A DNA stretch of 64,000 bases from Bacilli bacterium (GCA_030602345.1 JAUVZX010000002.1:71049-135048); one strand, 5' to 3'. Counted from the first letter of the stretch, positions 28,527 through 39,517 are shown. A program made the numbers and translations. Notes: a model not told the origin generated them from the sequence alone.

Positions 28527-29375
28527 ATGTTAAAAAAAATATTGACTTTATTGTTATTGATTTTATTTGTTAATGGATGTGGATCGGGCGCAAACCAAAA
28601 AAATACTGAAAATGTAAAGCAAGAAGAGAAATATGATAAATTAGTAATAAAAACAAAGGTGACTAACAAAGAAGAAAACGGTGGTTACTTAGTTTATTTT
28701 ATGCATGTAGGAGAAAGAAGAGAAGAAGCTGGAGAAGCTAATCAATCAGCTTTTGGACCTTTTGAAACAGACGATAATGGTGAATATATCTTGGATTTAA
28801 AATTTAATTTTAATAATGATATTGGGACATACTTAAAAAGTGGTGAAGGTAAAGAAAAAAATAAATTAGAAATGTTCATTGTAACTAGAGAAGACATTTA
28901 TATTCGTAATCCATTAAACAAAAAAACAATTGTAGAATTTATTCCTAATGAAACCGATGAACCTTATCCGGATTATTCATATTATTCTAAGAAAAAAGAA
29001 ATCGAAGTTTCCATTACAGATAAATATCCAGAAGGAGTATTATCACTGACTTTTCAAGATTCTATATTTGTTATAAAATTAGCATTTGATGAAGAAATCC
29101 CTCAAAAATCCTATGAAGTTTCTATTTTTTGGAGTGATCCAAGTAAACCAAGCGGAATTGGAACAATTCGTGTGGGAAGAATTAGTAGAGCATTTCAATA
29201 TTGGGATACTCCATTCTATAAATCAGATAATTTAGCAAGTAAGACAGGTACAATAATAATAAAAGATTTTGATACGAATGAAACTGTAGAATATGAAGAC
29301 TATCCAAAAACAGTGTCTTTTGATAAGGATGGAAATCCTATAGGGGATAAAGTACTTAAAATAAAATTAAGATAA
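28527..29375 (+). CDS. Putative lipoprotein
   Basis: MLKK, hydrophobic stretch and VNGC lipobox; SD AGGAGG. Confidence 0.8.
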   Translation: MLKKILTLLLLILFVNGCGSGANQKNTENVKQEEKYDKLVIKTKVTNKEENGGYLVYFMHVGERREEAGEANQSAFGPFETDDNGEYILDLKFNFNNDIGTYLKSGEGKEKNKLEMFIVTREDIYIRNPLNKKTIVEFIPNETDEPYPDYSYYSKKKEIEVSITDKYPEGVLSLTFQDSIFVIKLAFDEEIPQKSYEVSIFWSDPSKPSGIGTIRVGRISRAFQYWDTPFYKSDNLASKTGTIIIKDFDTNETVEYEDYPKTVSFDKDGNPIGDKVLKIKLR

Positions 29376-29395
29376 TGTTTCGATTGGTTTCGCGA

Positions 29396-29417
29396 CTATT
29401 GGAAGCTTGCCTCATAT
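29396..29417 (+). other. Third att scar, homologous to attR at 26852-26873
   Basis: CTATTGGAAGCTTGCCTCATAT vs CTATTGGAAGATTGCCCCATTT (19/22 identical); followed by terminator AAACGAATTTA-TAAA-TGAGTTCGTTTTTTT. Confidence 0.65.
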
Positions 29418-29494
29418 AAAATAAAGTGAAACGAATTTATAAATGAGTTCGTTTTTTTATTCAAATGATATATAATTAAAACATAGGAGAGAAT

Positions 29495-29740
29495 ATGAAA
29501 AAAATCAAAATGCACAATTTATATAAAATATCATCAATATTAATATTGATTATGGGATTGATATTTACCTATTTTGTTGCAGATAGTGAAGACGCACCGG
29601 GATTTATTTTTTTGGGAACACCAGTAACGATTTTTTTAAGTTTATTTTTGTTTGAATTAGGAAATTTAATAAAATATATAGAACTACAAAATCAATTGCT
29701 GTTAGATATTTATAAAGAGATAAAAAACAAAATGAAGTAA
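29495..29740 (+). CDS. Small two-TM membrane protein
   Basis: Two hydrophobic helices around DSEDAPG; SD AGGAGA. Confidence 0.7.
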   Translation: MKKIKMHNLYKISSILILIMGLIFTYFVADSEDAPGFIFLGTPVTIFLSLFLFELGNLIKYIELQNQLLLDIYKEIKNKMK

Positions 29741-29770
29741 CCTGTTGCTAAAAATAAGATAAGGAGTATC

Positions 29771-30448
29771 ATGTATAAAATATATAAAAATAAAGATGAG
29801 ATGATTGAACTATTTGAAGATGAACGTTCTTCAATAAAGAAGAGTAATTCTATAACAACGGCATATATTAATTTGGATAGTAAAAATAGGTTTATTAAAT
29901 ATTTTCTTATTTTTATAATATTAATAGTAATTATAAAAATATTATTTGGAGAAATTAATTTATATAGTCCTTTAAAAACATTTAATAGTAAATATCATCA
30001 AGTAAAAGTTAATGCTCAAATAGTTAATATTGGAGTAGAGGAAAAAAATAAGATAGTATTGATTCCCTTTTTGGTAAATATTCATTCATTTTCTTTTGAT
30101 TACTTTTATCACAAGGATATTTCTTCTAATGAATTAGTTTTTGAATTAAATGAAAAAATACTTCTTAATGTTGAATCATTTAATTGTGCTTTTAATGTTA
30201 ATAATATTAATTATAAAGTTTCTTGTAATGGCGAAAACTTTAATTTAGCAACAAAAAGCTTATTCTCTGATATAAGTTATAAAATAATGATAAAAAGAAC
30301 TAATAAGGGTGAAACTATTAAATACGATGGTCAATTTAAAGAAGATATAAGTGATTATTTTGATGAAAAAGGTGGATACTTAGTTAGAGTAATTGCTAGC
30401 TATAATAATGTTGATAGTAATATATATTTTTGGGTAAGAATAATATAA
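29771..30448 (+). CDS. Membrane-anchored hypothetical protein
   Basis: Single TM (YFLIFIILIVIIKIL); SD AAGGAG. Confidence 0.65.
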   Translation: MYKIYKNKDEMIELFEDERSSIKKSNSITTAYINLDSKNRFIKYFLIFIILIVIIKILFGEINLYSPLKTFNSKYHQVKVNAQIVNIGVEEKNKIVLIPFLVNIHSFSFDYFYHKDISSNELVFELNEKILLNVESFNCAFNVNNINYKVSCNGENFNLATKSLFSDISYKIMIKRTNKGETIKYDGQFKEDISDYFDEKGGYLVRVIASYNNVDSNIYFWVRII

Positions 30449-30459
30449 AAAGATGCTTA

Positions 30460-31161
30460 TTAAGCATCTTTTGTTTTTAATAAATCTTCTAATTCTTTAA
30501 TTCTATTTAGATTCATATCTTTCATATCTTTTAGTTTATAATCAATATTTAACTTTTTATATTTATCATTAGCAAGACTATGATATGGTAAGAGTTCTAT
30601 TTTTTCAACATTTTTAATATTTTTAATTTTTTCTTTTAATTTTAATATATGTGCCTCATTGTCGTTTATACCGGGCATAATAACGTGCCTTATCCATATT
30701 TTAGTGTTTAGTCTTTGACATGTATCTAGAAAGTCATTATTTATAACTTTACTTGTAATATATTTCTCATCAGCATCATTTATGCCTTTAATATCAAGTA
30801 ATACTAAATCAGTATATTTTAATAATTCCTCGTGTTTTCCTTGATAGCCTGAAGTATCTAAGCATGTATGAATGTTATTTTTTTTGCATTCTTTAAATAA
30901 TTCTGTTACAAATGCACTTTGTAATAAAGGCTCACCACCTGAGACGGTTATTCCTCCTTTTTCGCCAAAGTAATCTTTATATTTTAAAATATTAGTCATT
31001 AATTCTGATACAGTCATTAATTTGTTTTCTTTTATATTCCAAGTTTCTGGATTATGACAATAAATACATCTTAATGGACAACCTTGCAAGAATATTACGT
31101 ATCTAACGCCCGGTCCATCAAGTAGACCTGCTGTTTCGATTGAGTTTATATTTCCGAGCAT
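30460..31161 (-). CDS. pflA: Pyruvate formate-lyase activating enzyme (radical SAM)
   Basis: DGPGVR..FLQGCPLRCIYCHNPETW, SGGEPLLQ and LLPYH motifs. Confidence 0.96.
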   Translation of the reverse strand: MLGNINSIETAGLLDGPGVRYVIFLQGCPLRCIYCHNPETWNIKENKLMTVSELMTNILKYKDYFGEKGGITVSGGEPLLQSAFVTELFKECKKNNIHTCLDTSGYQGKHEELLKYTDLVLLDIKGINDADEKYITSKVINNDFLDTCQRLNTKIWIRHVIMPGINDNEAHILKLKEKIKNIKNVEKIELLPYHSLANDKYKKLNIDYKLKDMKDMNLNRIKELEDLLKTKDA

Positions 31162-33369
31162 TATAATTCTCCATGGAAAGTTCTATTTATTACTTCTAAT
31201 TGTTGTTCTTTACTTAGTCTATTAAATAAGACAGCATAACCAGAAACTCTTATAGTCAAAGAAGGATACTTGTCTTTATTATTCATGGCATCAATTAATG
31301 TTTCTTTGTTGAAAACATTAACATTTAAATGGTGTCCTCCTTTTTTGAAATAACCATCTAAAATATTAACTAGATTTTCTTTTTGTGTTTCTAAGTTTTT
31401 ACCTAAAGTATCAGGTATGATTGAAAAAGTATTAGATACTCCATCTTCGCAAACATCTTTATATGGGATCTTAGCGACCGAATTAAGCGATGCTAATGCA
31501 CCATTTGTGTCTCTACCGTGCATTGGGTTAGCTCCTGGTGCAAACGCTTCATAAGCTTTTCTCCCGTCTGGAGTAGAGCCTGTTTTTTTTACCATAAACT
31601 ATGTTTGAGGTTATAGTTAATATTGAAAGTGTATGATAGGCATTTTTATATAATTTGTGTTTTTTAAGTTCGCTTGATAATTTTTTAACTATATCAACTG
31701 CAATTAAATCAACTTTATCATCATCATTCCCATATTTTGGATAATCACCCTCAATTATATAATCAATAACTAAATTATTTTCATCTCTAATGGTTTTAAC
31801 TTTAGAGTGTTTAATTGCTGATAAAGAGTCTGCTGTAACAGATAATCCTGCTGCACCGAATGCCATTAAATGTTTTACGTTGGAATCATGCAAAGCCATT
31901 TCGATTCTTTCATAAGCATACTTATCGTGCATATAATGTATTATGTTCATTGCATCAACGTATGTTTTGGCAGACTTTTCTAAGACTAAATGATAATTTT
32001 TTAAAACTTCATCATATTCTAAATATTCAGATTCTATTTTAGAAATTCCTTCTATGACCAATTCTTTAGTCAATTCGTCATATCCGCCGTTTATTGCATA
32101 TAATAAGGCTTTAGCAATGTTCATTCTAGCTCCAAAAAATTGCATTTGCTTTCCTAGTGTCATTGCTGAAACACAACATGCTATTGCATAATCGTTACCA
32201 TACATTGGTCTCATTAAATCATCATTTTCATATTGAATAGCATCTGTTTTGATTGATATATAAGAACAATATTTTTTAAAGTTTTCTGGTAAATTTACAG
32301 ACCATAAAACAGTCATATTTGGTTCAGGGGCAGGTCCTAAGTTAATTAATGTATTTAAATATCGATAGGTGCTTTTAGTTACTAAAGATCTCTTTTCATC
32401 AATCATTCCGCCTAAAGATTCAGTTACCCAAGTTGGATCTCCTGCAAAAAGTTCATTATAATCCGGCGTTCTTAAGTGTCTAACCAATCTTAACTTAATA
32501 ATAAATTGATCAATTATTTCTTGAGCTTCTTCTTCGTTTATTAAACCGTTTTCTAAATCTTTTTCGATATAAATATCTAAGAATGTTGCTGTTCTTCCCA
32601 AACTCATGGCTGCTCCATTGCTTTCTTTAACTGATGCTAAGTAAGCAAAGTATAACCATTGAGTTGCTTCTTTAGCGTTAGTGGCTGGTTTGGAAATATC
32701 AAATCCATACGATAAAGCCATATCTTGAGTTTCTTTTAAAGCTTTAATTTGTTCGTTAATTTCTTCTCTTAATCGTATTGTTTCTTCATTTATATCAATT
32801 AAATTTTTTAAATCATCTTTCTTTTGTTGAATTAAAAAATCAATTCCATATAATGCAACTCTTCTAAAGTCTCCAATAATTCTTCCTCGACCATACGCAT
32901 CAGGAAGGCCGGTTATTAAACCACTTTTACGAGCCTTTTTTATTTCGTTTGTGTAAGCATCAAATACGCCGTCATTGTGATTCTTTCTATATTGTTCGAA
33001 TTTTTTAGAAACATCCTCATTCATTTTATAGCCATAAGCATTTAAAGCACTATAAACCATTTTTATTCCACCATAAGGATTAATAATTCTTTTTAATGGT
33101 TCATCTGTTTGCAAACCAAAGATAACCTCATTATCTTTATCAATATAACCAGGTTTATAATTATTAATTCCTGCAATATTATCAGTATCAACATCTAATA
33201 TTCCTTTATCTAATTCTTTTTCTAATAATTCTTTACTTTTTGTCCAAACATAATTTGTTTTTACGGATGGTCCTACTAAAAAAGACTCATCGCCTTTATA
33301 TTCATGATAGTTATTTAATATAAAGTCTTCTACATTGATTTCTTCTTTCCATTTAATTCCTTTAAACAT
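31161..33369 (-). pseudogene. pflB: Pyruvate formate-lyase, split by a +1 frameshift in an A8 run (real, programmed or an assembly error)
   Basis: ORF 33369-31549 carries [14 protein letters not shown] and AIACCVS; ORF 31595-31161 carries TPDGR and TIRVSGY. The conserved YGKKTG needs A7, but T8 is present at 31583-31590. Confidence 0.9.
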
Positions 33370-33555
33370 GTTTCATTCCTCCTATCATCTAAAATAGTAT
33401 AGCATGTATATATAAATAAAAGATATATTTTATACAAATTTTCAATGTCTTTTACAAACGTTTTCCATATAATATTTTTATTATAATGATAGTTAATTTT
33501 TAATGAAAATAAATTTTAAAACAACAAAAAAAGATGCTTTAGCACCTTTGAATTG

Positions 33556-35136
33556 TTATTTTTTTGCTTTTTCTGCACGAATTATTCGATCATTAAATTT
33601 CTTATTTTGAATCTTAGTTAAAAATTCATCAGCATGTTCATTAGCAACGTTTAAGAAGGTAAATTTAGTTAATACTTCTATATTACTAAAATGATCTTTA
33701 TTAATTTGTGTTTCTTTTTTTATGAAATCGATTAGGCTTCCTGCTTTTATATTGTCCATTTTACCGATTGTTAAGAAAACTCTGGTTGAATTTTTATTGA
33801 ATTTTTTGTGTCCTTGTTCGACTTTTATTTCTTTAGTAAAATCAGAGCCAATTTCTTTTTCAAAGACATTTTTAAGTAGAGCTGCACTAAATTTTATTAA
33901 ATCATCTTTATTTAAATCTCTTACATATTTGATGTATGGTTCATACTCTTTATTATTAATAGCATCATTAACTCTTTCAATAATTTTTTGATGCTTACTA
34001 TTTATAATGTCATCGTTATTTGGGAGTTCAGATTGAATAATTTTACTATTAGTAACTCTTTCGATATCTGCTAGCATTCTTAATTCTCTATTATTAACTA
34101 ATGTTATTGCGTATCCTTCGTTTTGAGCTCTTCCTGTTCTTCCGATTCTATGAATATATGATTCTATTTCTTGAGGTAAATTATAATTAATTACACAAGT
34201 GATATTATCAACGTGTAATCCTCTTGCTGCAACATCAGTTGCAATTAAGAATTTATATTCTTTATTTTTAAATCTTTCTAATCTTTTAATTCTCATAGTT
34301 TGTGTAATATCACCATGGATAGCCTCAACACTATAATTTCTTTTAGCCATTTCAGCTGTTAATTGATCTACTTCTCTTTTTGTTTGGCAAAATATTATGG
34401 CGCTATCAGGATCTCTTGCATCTAAAATTCTGCATAAAGATTCGTCTCTTTGTTTTTCATTTATTACATAATAATATTGCTTAACATTTTTAGCAGTTTT
34501 AGTTTCAGATTTAATTGTAATATGAACATAATCTTTTTTCATATATTTTTCAGCTAAAGTTTTAATTTGTCTAGGCATAGTAGCAGAAAAAAGTAATACT
34601 TGTTTTTCAGCTTTAGTTTTTTCGAATATAAATTCAATGTCTTCTAAAAATCCCATATTAAGCATTTCATCTGCTTCATCTAATACAAAGAAACTAATGT
34701 TATCTATCTTTAAAACGTGTCTATTCATCAAATCCATTACTCTTCCGGGAGTCCCAACAACTATGTCCACTCCTTTTCTTAGGCTTCTAATTTGATTTTC
34801 AATGCTTGATCCTCCATAAACTGGAATTATATCGAAGCTTGATGAATTGTTTAATGTATTAAACTCTTCACACACTTGAATTGCTAATTCTCTAGTAGGA
34901 GTCAAAATGATTGATTTTATTCCTTTTTCTTTAGGATTAATTTTAGATAAAATACTTGCTGCAAAAGCAAGTGTTTTTCCTGTTCCTGTTTGTGCTTGTC
35001 CAATAACGTCTTTTCCGTTTAATATTTCAGGTATTATTTCAACTTGAATTGGACTAGGTGTTTCATAACCTAATTTAGCTATAGATTTTAAGACTTTTTC
35101 ATCTAATCCTAAATCTTTAAATTTAATATTTTCCAT
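33556..35136 (-). CDS. DEAD-box RNA helicase (CshA/DeaD) with a DbpA-type C-terminal domain
   Basis: AQTGTGKT, PTRELA, TPGR, DEAD, SAT, ARGL and HRIGRTGR motifs. Confidence 0.95.
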   Translation of the reverse strand: MENIKFKDLGLDEKVLKSIAKLGYETPSPIQVEIIPEILNGKDVIGQAQTGTGKTLAFAASILSKINPKEKGIKSIILTPTRELAIQVCEEFNTLNNSSSFDIIPVYGGSSIENQIRSLRKGVDIVVGTPGRVMDLMNRHVLKIDNISFFVLDEADEMLNMGFLEDIEFIFEKTKAEKQVLLFSATMPRQIKTLAEKYMKKDYVHITIKSETKTAKNVKQYYYVINEKQRDESLCRILDARDPDSAIIFCQTKREVDQLTAEMAKRNYSVEAIHGDITQTMRIKRLERFKNKEYKFLIATDVAARGLHVDNITCVINYNLPQEIESYIHRIGRTGRAQNEGYAITLVNNRELRMLADIERVTNSKIIQSELPNNDDIINSKHQKIIERVNDAINNKEYEPYIKYVRDLNKDDLIKFSAALLKNVFEKEIGSDFTKEIKVEQGHKKFNKNSTRVFLTIGKMDNIKAGSLIDFIKKETQINKDHFSNIEVLTKFTFLNVANEHADEFLTKIQNKKFNDRIIRAEKAKK

Positions 35137-35223
35137 AAGTTCCTCTTTTCAACTAGTCAATTATACTAGAGTTGTCTTAAAAGTGCAACTAGTACTTTTT
35201 TGATAAATAAAATGTCTGAAAAA

Positions 35224-36234
35224 TTACTTTAATTCAAATACAATCGTTCCCTTATTATCTTTTGATTCTATCTTCGCTAATGCGCCATTAATAAGCGTTA
35301 ACTGAGGTGGTTTATGACCTATATCAGCATTTATTATAATAGGTACATTTAAATCACTTAAACTTTCTTTGATAGCATCCTTAAAAGAAATATCATAGTA
35401 GCTTTCTTCAATTGTACTTCTTCCAAATATAATACCTTTAGTATATTTAAACCAACCGGCATTTTTTAATTGCCACATAGCTAAAATTAGTTTTTCGCTT
35501 GTTAGGCCGAAGTTATCGAAATACCAAATGATACCGTCTTCTTTATATTTTTCTAAAAAAATGGCAGTATTATCAAATTTAGTACCGATTAAATTAAGAA
35601 GCACGTCTAAACAACCTCCGATTAATCTACCTTCCATTTTGATAAAATTTTCATCATTTAAATTTTCCCATTTGACTCTTTTTGTTAAATTAAAACCTTC
35701 ATCACCATTTATTGATTTAATTCTTTCTTCTTCAAACATTTCAAAACTACTTTGTTCCAGCACTTTTCCTTCCAATAAAGACATATTATTTAAAAGTGAA
35801 GGATGCCATTTTTTCATTGAGAAAGTTTTAAAATTATTTGAATATATTGTTGCAATATCAAGGTTAGTAGTAATTATAAACAATAAAGATGTGGGATCTG
35901 AATATCCTTGAATCCATTTGGGATTATTTTTAATTATATTAAAATCTATCTTATCAATTATTTCTAATAAAAAATCTCCTCCCGAAAGGCATATTATCAA
36001 TTCGACTTCTTCATTAATAAATAAATCTTCAAGTTGTTTTTTTCTTTCTTCAATTGAAGAACTTCTACCATTAAAACTGGTTTTGCAATTATCAGTTATT
36101 AAAATTTTATAATCTATTTTATTGAAATTATTAATCGCATTCTCTAATTTTAACAAATCAACGATATCAGAAGAGCCCCCGGAAGGAGCTGTAACACCAA
36201 TTATTTTATTCTTGATAAATTTTGGATAAAACAT
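35224..36234 (-). CDS. S66 family LD-carboxypeptidase (MccF-like)
   Basis: IGVTAPS, GYSD.T, GRLIGGCL and DIGH..P motifs; start ATG 36234 after SD GGAGG. Confidence 0.88.
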   Translation of the reverse strand: MFYPKFIKNKIIGVTAPSGGSSDIVDLLKLENAINNFNKIDYKILITDNCKTSFNGRSSSIEERKKQLEDLFINEEVELIICLSGGDFLLEIIDKIDFNIIKNNPKWIQGYSDPTSLLFIITTNLDIATIYSNNFKTFSMKKWHPSLLNNMSLLEGKVLEQSSFEMFEEERIKSINGDEGFNLTKRVKWENLNDENFIKMEGRLIGGCLDVLLNLIGTKFDNTAIFLEKYKEDGIIWYFDNFGLTSEKLILAMWQLKNAGWFKYTKGIIFGRSTIEESYYDISFKDAIKESLSDLNVPIIINADIGHKPPQLTLINGALAKIESKDNKGTIVFELK

Positions 36235-36352
36235 AATTACCTCCAAAACTATTATACATTTATTAGCATCAGTGATACAATATAAATGATAATATCAATT
36301 TAAATACTATAAAAAATAGAATAATTTAACTACATATACAACAGGAGGAAGC

Positions 36353-37597
36353 ATGTATACATTTAAAGAAATAGAAAATATATCAGAATATGAAAAATTT
36401 TGTCAAAATTTTAGTAAAGCCCCAATAATGCAAGATTATGCTTGGAGCAAAGTGAAAAACAATTTTGATTCAAAAATTTTAGGTTTATTTAAGAACAAAG
36501 AATTAGTAGCAGCCAGTTTAATTTTAATAAAGAATCTTCCTTTTGGCATAAAGGTATTTTATGCATCTAGAGGTTACTTGATTGATTTTGAAAATGAAGA
36601 ATTACTAGAAATTTTTACAAAAGAAATAAAAAAATATGCAGCTCAAAAAGGAGCATATTGTGTAAAAATAGATCCTTATGTTGCAATGAAAGAGGAAAGA
36701 ATCTATCCTTTAGAAGATGAAGAATATGATTTATATAGTAAAAACCATAAAATAATAATGGAAAACTTGAAAAATGCAGGATATATTCATAAAGGATATA
36801 AAAAAAACATATCTGCTTATTTGCAACCTCGTTTTACAATGACTGTTCCATTAGTAAATTCAAAAGAAGAATTTGTTAATGAAGAATATATTTTAAAAAC
36901 GATGAAGAAAAATGTAAGAGGATATTTGGGCGATTATCATTCAAAAAGGGGAGTATTTTTTTACCACACTTCAGATGTTTCTAAATTAGAGGACTTTGTT
37001 CAAATAATTAATAAAACAGAAGAGAGACAAAATGTAGCTTTAAGAAATTCAAAATATTTTGAAAGAATAATGAAATCTTTTGGTGAAAGAGCTATTTTGT
37101 TTTTTGCAGAAGTAGATTTAAAGAAATATCTAAATTTCATAAAAATGTCATTAGAAGAAAAAAATGCCAATATTGAATTTTTACAAGATCAACAAGAAAA
37201 AACAATAAAGCTAATTGAGGAAAGAGGAGATTCCGTAATTACCTCGGCAGCATTAGTTGTTTTACCTCCTAATAAAGAAGGAATCAAAATGGCAGAATTT
37301 TTATATGCAGGTAACGATGTTTCTTTACTGCCAAATCTAAAAATAAATAATGGACTTACTTATTATAGATTGTTATATTGTTTAGAAAATAATTATCATT
37401 ATGCAAATTTAGGTGGAGTTGATGGTTCTTTAGAAGATCATCTATCTGTATTTAAATCTAAATTTAATCCATTAGTAATTGAATTTATTGGGGAGTATGA
37501 TCTTCCTGTAAATAAAATTCTATATGTATTAATTTCAAATTTCGAACCATTTCTTAAAAAAATTTATTATAAATTAGCGAGAATCATTAAAAGGTAG
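36353..37597 (+). CDS. FemAB/MurM-family peptidoglycan aminoacyltransferase
   Basis: Q...W..VK, RG..ID, KIDP, LQPR, YF.R, LYAG, NLGG and FK..F...V.E.IGEYD motifs. Confidence 0.9.
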   Translation: MYTFKEIENISEYEKFCQNFSKAPIMQDYAWSKVKNNFDSKILGLFKNKELVAASLILIKNLPFGIKVFYASRGYLIDFENEELLEIFTKEIKKYAAQKGAYCVKIDPYVAMKEERIYPLEDEEYDLYSKNHKIIMENLKNAGYIHKGYKKNISAYLQPRFTMTVPLVNSKEEFVNEEYILKTMKKNVRGYLGDYHSKRGVFFYHTSDVSKLEDFVQIINKTEERQNVALRNSKYFERIMKSFGERAILFFAEVDLKKYLNFIKMSLEEKNANIEFLQDQQEKTIKLIEERGDSVITSAALVVLPPNKEGIKMAEFLYAGNDVSLLPNLKINNGLTYYRLLYCLENNYHYANLGGVDGSLEDHLSVFKSKFNPLVIEFIGEYDLPVNKILYVLISNFEPFLKKIYYKLARIIKR

Positions 37598-37670
37598 AAT
37601 GTCATTTTCTACCTTTTATTTTTGAAAAAGATAGTAGTTTAAATATGATATAATTTAGTGGGTGATATAT

Positions 37671-38840
37671 ATGTATGATGTAGTGGTAATTGGCGGTGGT
37701 CCTAGTGGTGTTATGGCTTCAATAGTTTGTAGCGAAAGAGGACTAAAAACATTATTAATTGAAAAAAATAATGATATTTTAAATAAATTTAAGCTTACCG
37801 GTGGGGGAAGGTGTAATTTAACTAATAATTTAAAAAAACAAGATTTTCTTAGAGAAATTAATAATTCTTTATTTTTTAAGGATAGTTTTAATTCGTTTAG
37901 CAATTTTGATTTAAAAAAATATTTTGAAAAAAATAAAATTATTTTTAATTTAGAAGGTCACAAAGTATTTCCTAAAAGTGGTAAAAGTGTTGAACTTATT
38001 AATGTTTTAAAAGAAAAGTTAAACAATGTTAAAATAATTAATGAAGAAGTTATAAATATATCAAAAGAAGACTTATTTATAATAAAAACGAGGAGCACCA
38101 TCTTAAAAAGCAAAAATGTAATAATAGCTACGGGCGGAAAAAGTTATCCAATTACTGGATCAACAGGATTCGGTTATGATATAGCTAAAAAGTTTGGACA
38201 TAAAGTGACAGATTTATATCCCTCAGAGACATTTATATATGTTGAAAACACTGATGAATTATCAGGTATAAGTCTAGAAGTAACGGTTAAATACTTAAAT
38301 TATATTGAAAAGGGGCAAATACTATTTACTCATTTTGGAATGTCTGGGCCTTCTATTATGGATTTAAGTGAAAAGATAGCGAAGAACATAAAAAAAGAAA
38401 ATAGGTTAATAATTGATTTTTTACCAAATATGTCTTTTGAAAAAATTGAATCAGAATTTATTAAAGCTCCCGGTAATATTCAATTGAGTACATGGTTATC
38501 TAATTTTTTTCCAAAAAGATTGGCAAATTATTTTTTTGAAAAATTGCAAACTAAAAAAATGGCCACCATCTCTAAAAAACAAAGACAAGAAATTATTAAT
38601 AATCTAAAAAATTATATATTTATAGTAAAAGATGTTGGTTCAATAGAAAAAGCAATTGTAACTTCAGGTGGCATTGATTTAACAGAAATTGATTCTTTAA
38701 CTTTGGAGTCTAAAAAAGTTAAGGGACTATATTTTGTCGGCGAGGTTTTAGACCTTCACGGACCAATTGGAGGCTTTAATTTAACGATTGCATTTTCAAC
38801 TGGATATTTAGCAGCTTCTAGTATCCAATTGACAAAATAA
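37671..38840 (+). CDS. HI0933/YhiN-family FAD-dependent oxidoreductase
   Basis: GGGPSG, TGGGRCNLTN, ATGGKSYP.TGSTG.GY, LFTHFG.SGP and G..GGFN motifs. Confidence 0.92.
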   Translation: MYDVVVIGGGPSGVMASIVCSERGLKTLLIEKNNDILNKFKLTGGGRCNLTNNLKKQDFLREINNSLFFKDSFNSFSNFDLKKYFEKNKIIFNLEGHKVFPKSGKSVELINVLKEKLNNVKIINEEVINISKEDLFIIKTRSTILKSKNVIIATGGKSYPITGSTGFGYDIAKKFGHKVTDLYPSETFIYVENTDELSGISLEVTVKYLNYIEKGQILFTHFGMSGPSIMDLSEKIAKNIKKENRLIIDFLPNMSFEKIESEFIKAPGNIQLSTWLSNFFPKRLANYFFEKLQTKKMATISKKQRQEIINNLKNYIFIVKDVGSIEKAIVTSGGIDLTEIDSLTLESKKVKGLYFVGEVLDLHGPIGGFNLTIAFSTGYLAASSIQLTK

Positions 38841-38963
38841 CGAAAATATTGTATTATATATCCAGATTGTTCGAGTAGTCTATTAGACAAAATATCTTAT
38901 AAATGAAATTACAAAACGGATTTATTCGTTTTTTTGTTTCTCTACTCTTAGAAAGGAAAGATC

Positions 38964-39509
38964 ATGTTTAAAAAAAATAAGTTTAACTTGGATGAATATA
39001 TTGACTATAATTATGTCGAAAATGATGAGGCAATAATTTCTGTAAATATTCCGAAAGTAAGCTCTTTTTATAATGAATTTGATGCTGATAAATTGGCAAT
39101 ATCTGATGATATTACTGATTTTATCGATAGTAGAGTTAAAAATATTTCTACAGATTATGATATCGTTTTAGAGTTTATTGTTCCAAAGATAAGTAAGAAG
39201 GAACAAGAAAAGGTAAAAGACATAATAAAAGCCCACTATGGACTTTTGGCATCGTCAAAAAATCATATATTAAAAGTTAATAACTATAAAGCAATTATAT
39301 TACTTTTTGTAGGTTCATCATTGCTAGCTATTTCATATGTCTTTGATTCTTTTGGAATTTTAGGTAAAGAAATTTTAAGTATAGCAGGATGGGTAGCTGC
39401 TTGGGAAACTTTCAATACTATAATGGTTGACGCTATTGCAATAAAATCATCGAAGAGTATTTTAGATAGACTTTATAATGCAAAAATTATATTTACACAA
39501 AAAAAGTAA
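38964..39509 (+). CDS. Hypothetical membrane protein (2 C-terminal TM helices)
   Basis: EILSIAGWVAAWE segment; SD AAAGGA. Confidence 0.65.
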   Translation: MFKKNKFNLDEYIDYNYVENDEAIISVNIPKVSSFYNEFDADKLAISDDITDFIDSRVKNISTDYDIVLEFIVPKISKKEQEKVKDIIKAHYGLLASSKNHILKVNNYKAIILLFVGSSLLAISYVFDSFGILGKEILSIAGWVAAWETFNTIMVDAIAIKSSKSILDRLYNAKIIFTQKK

Positions 39510-39517
39510 TTAAATAA

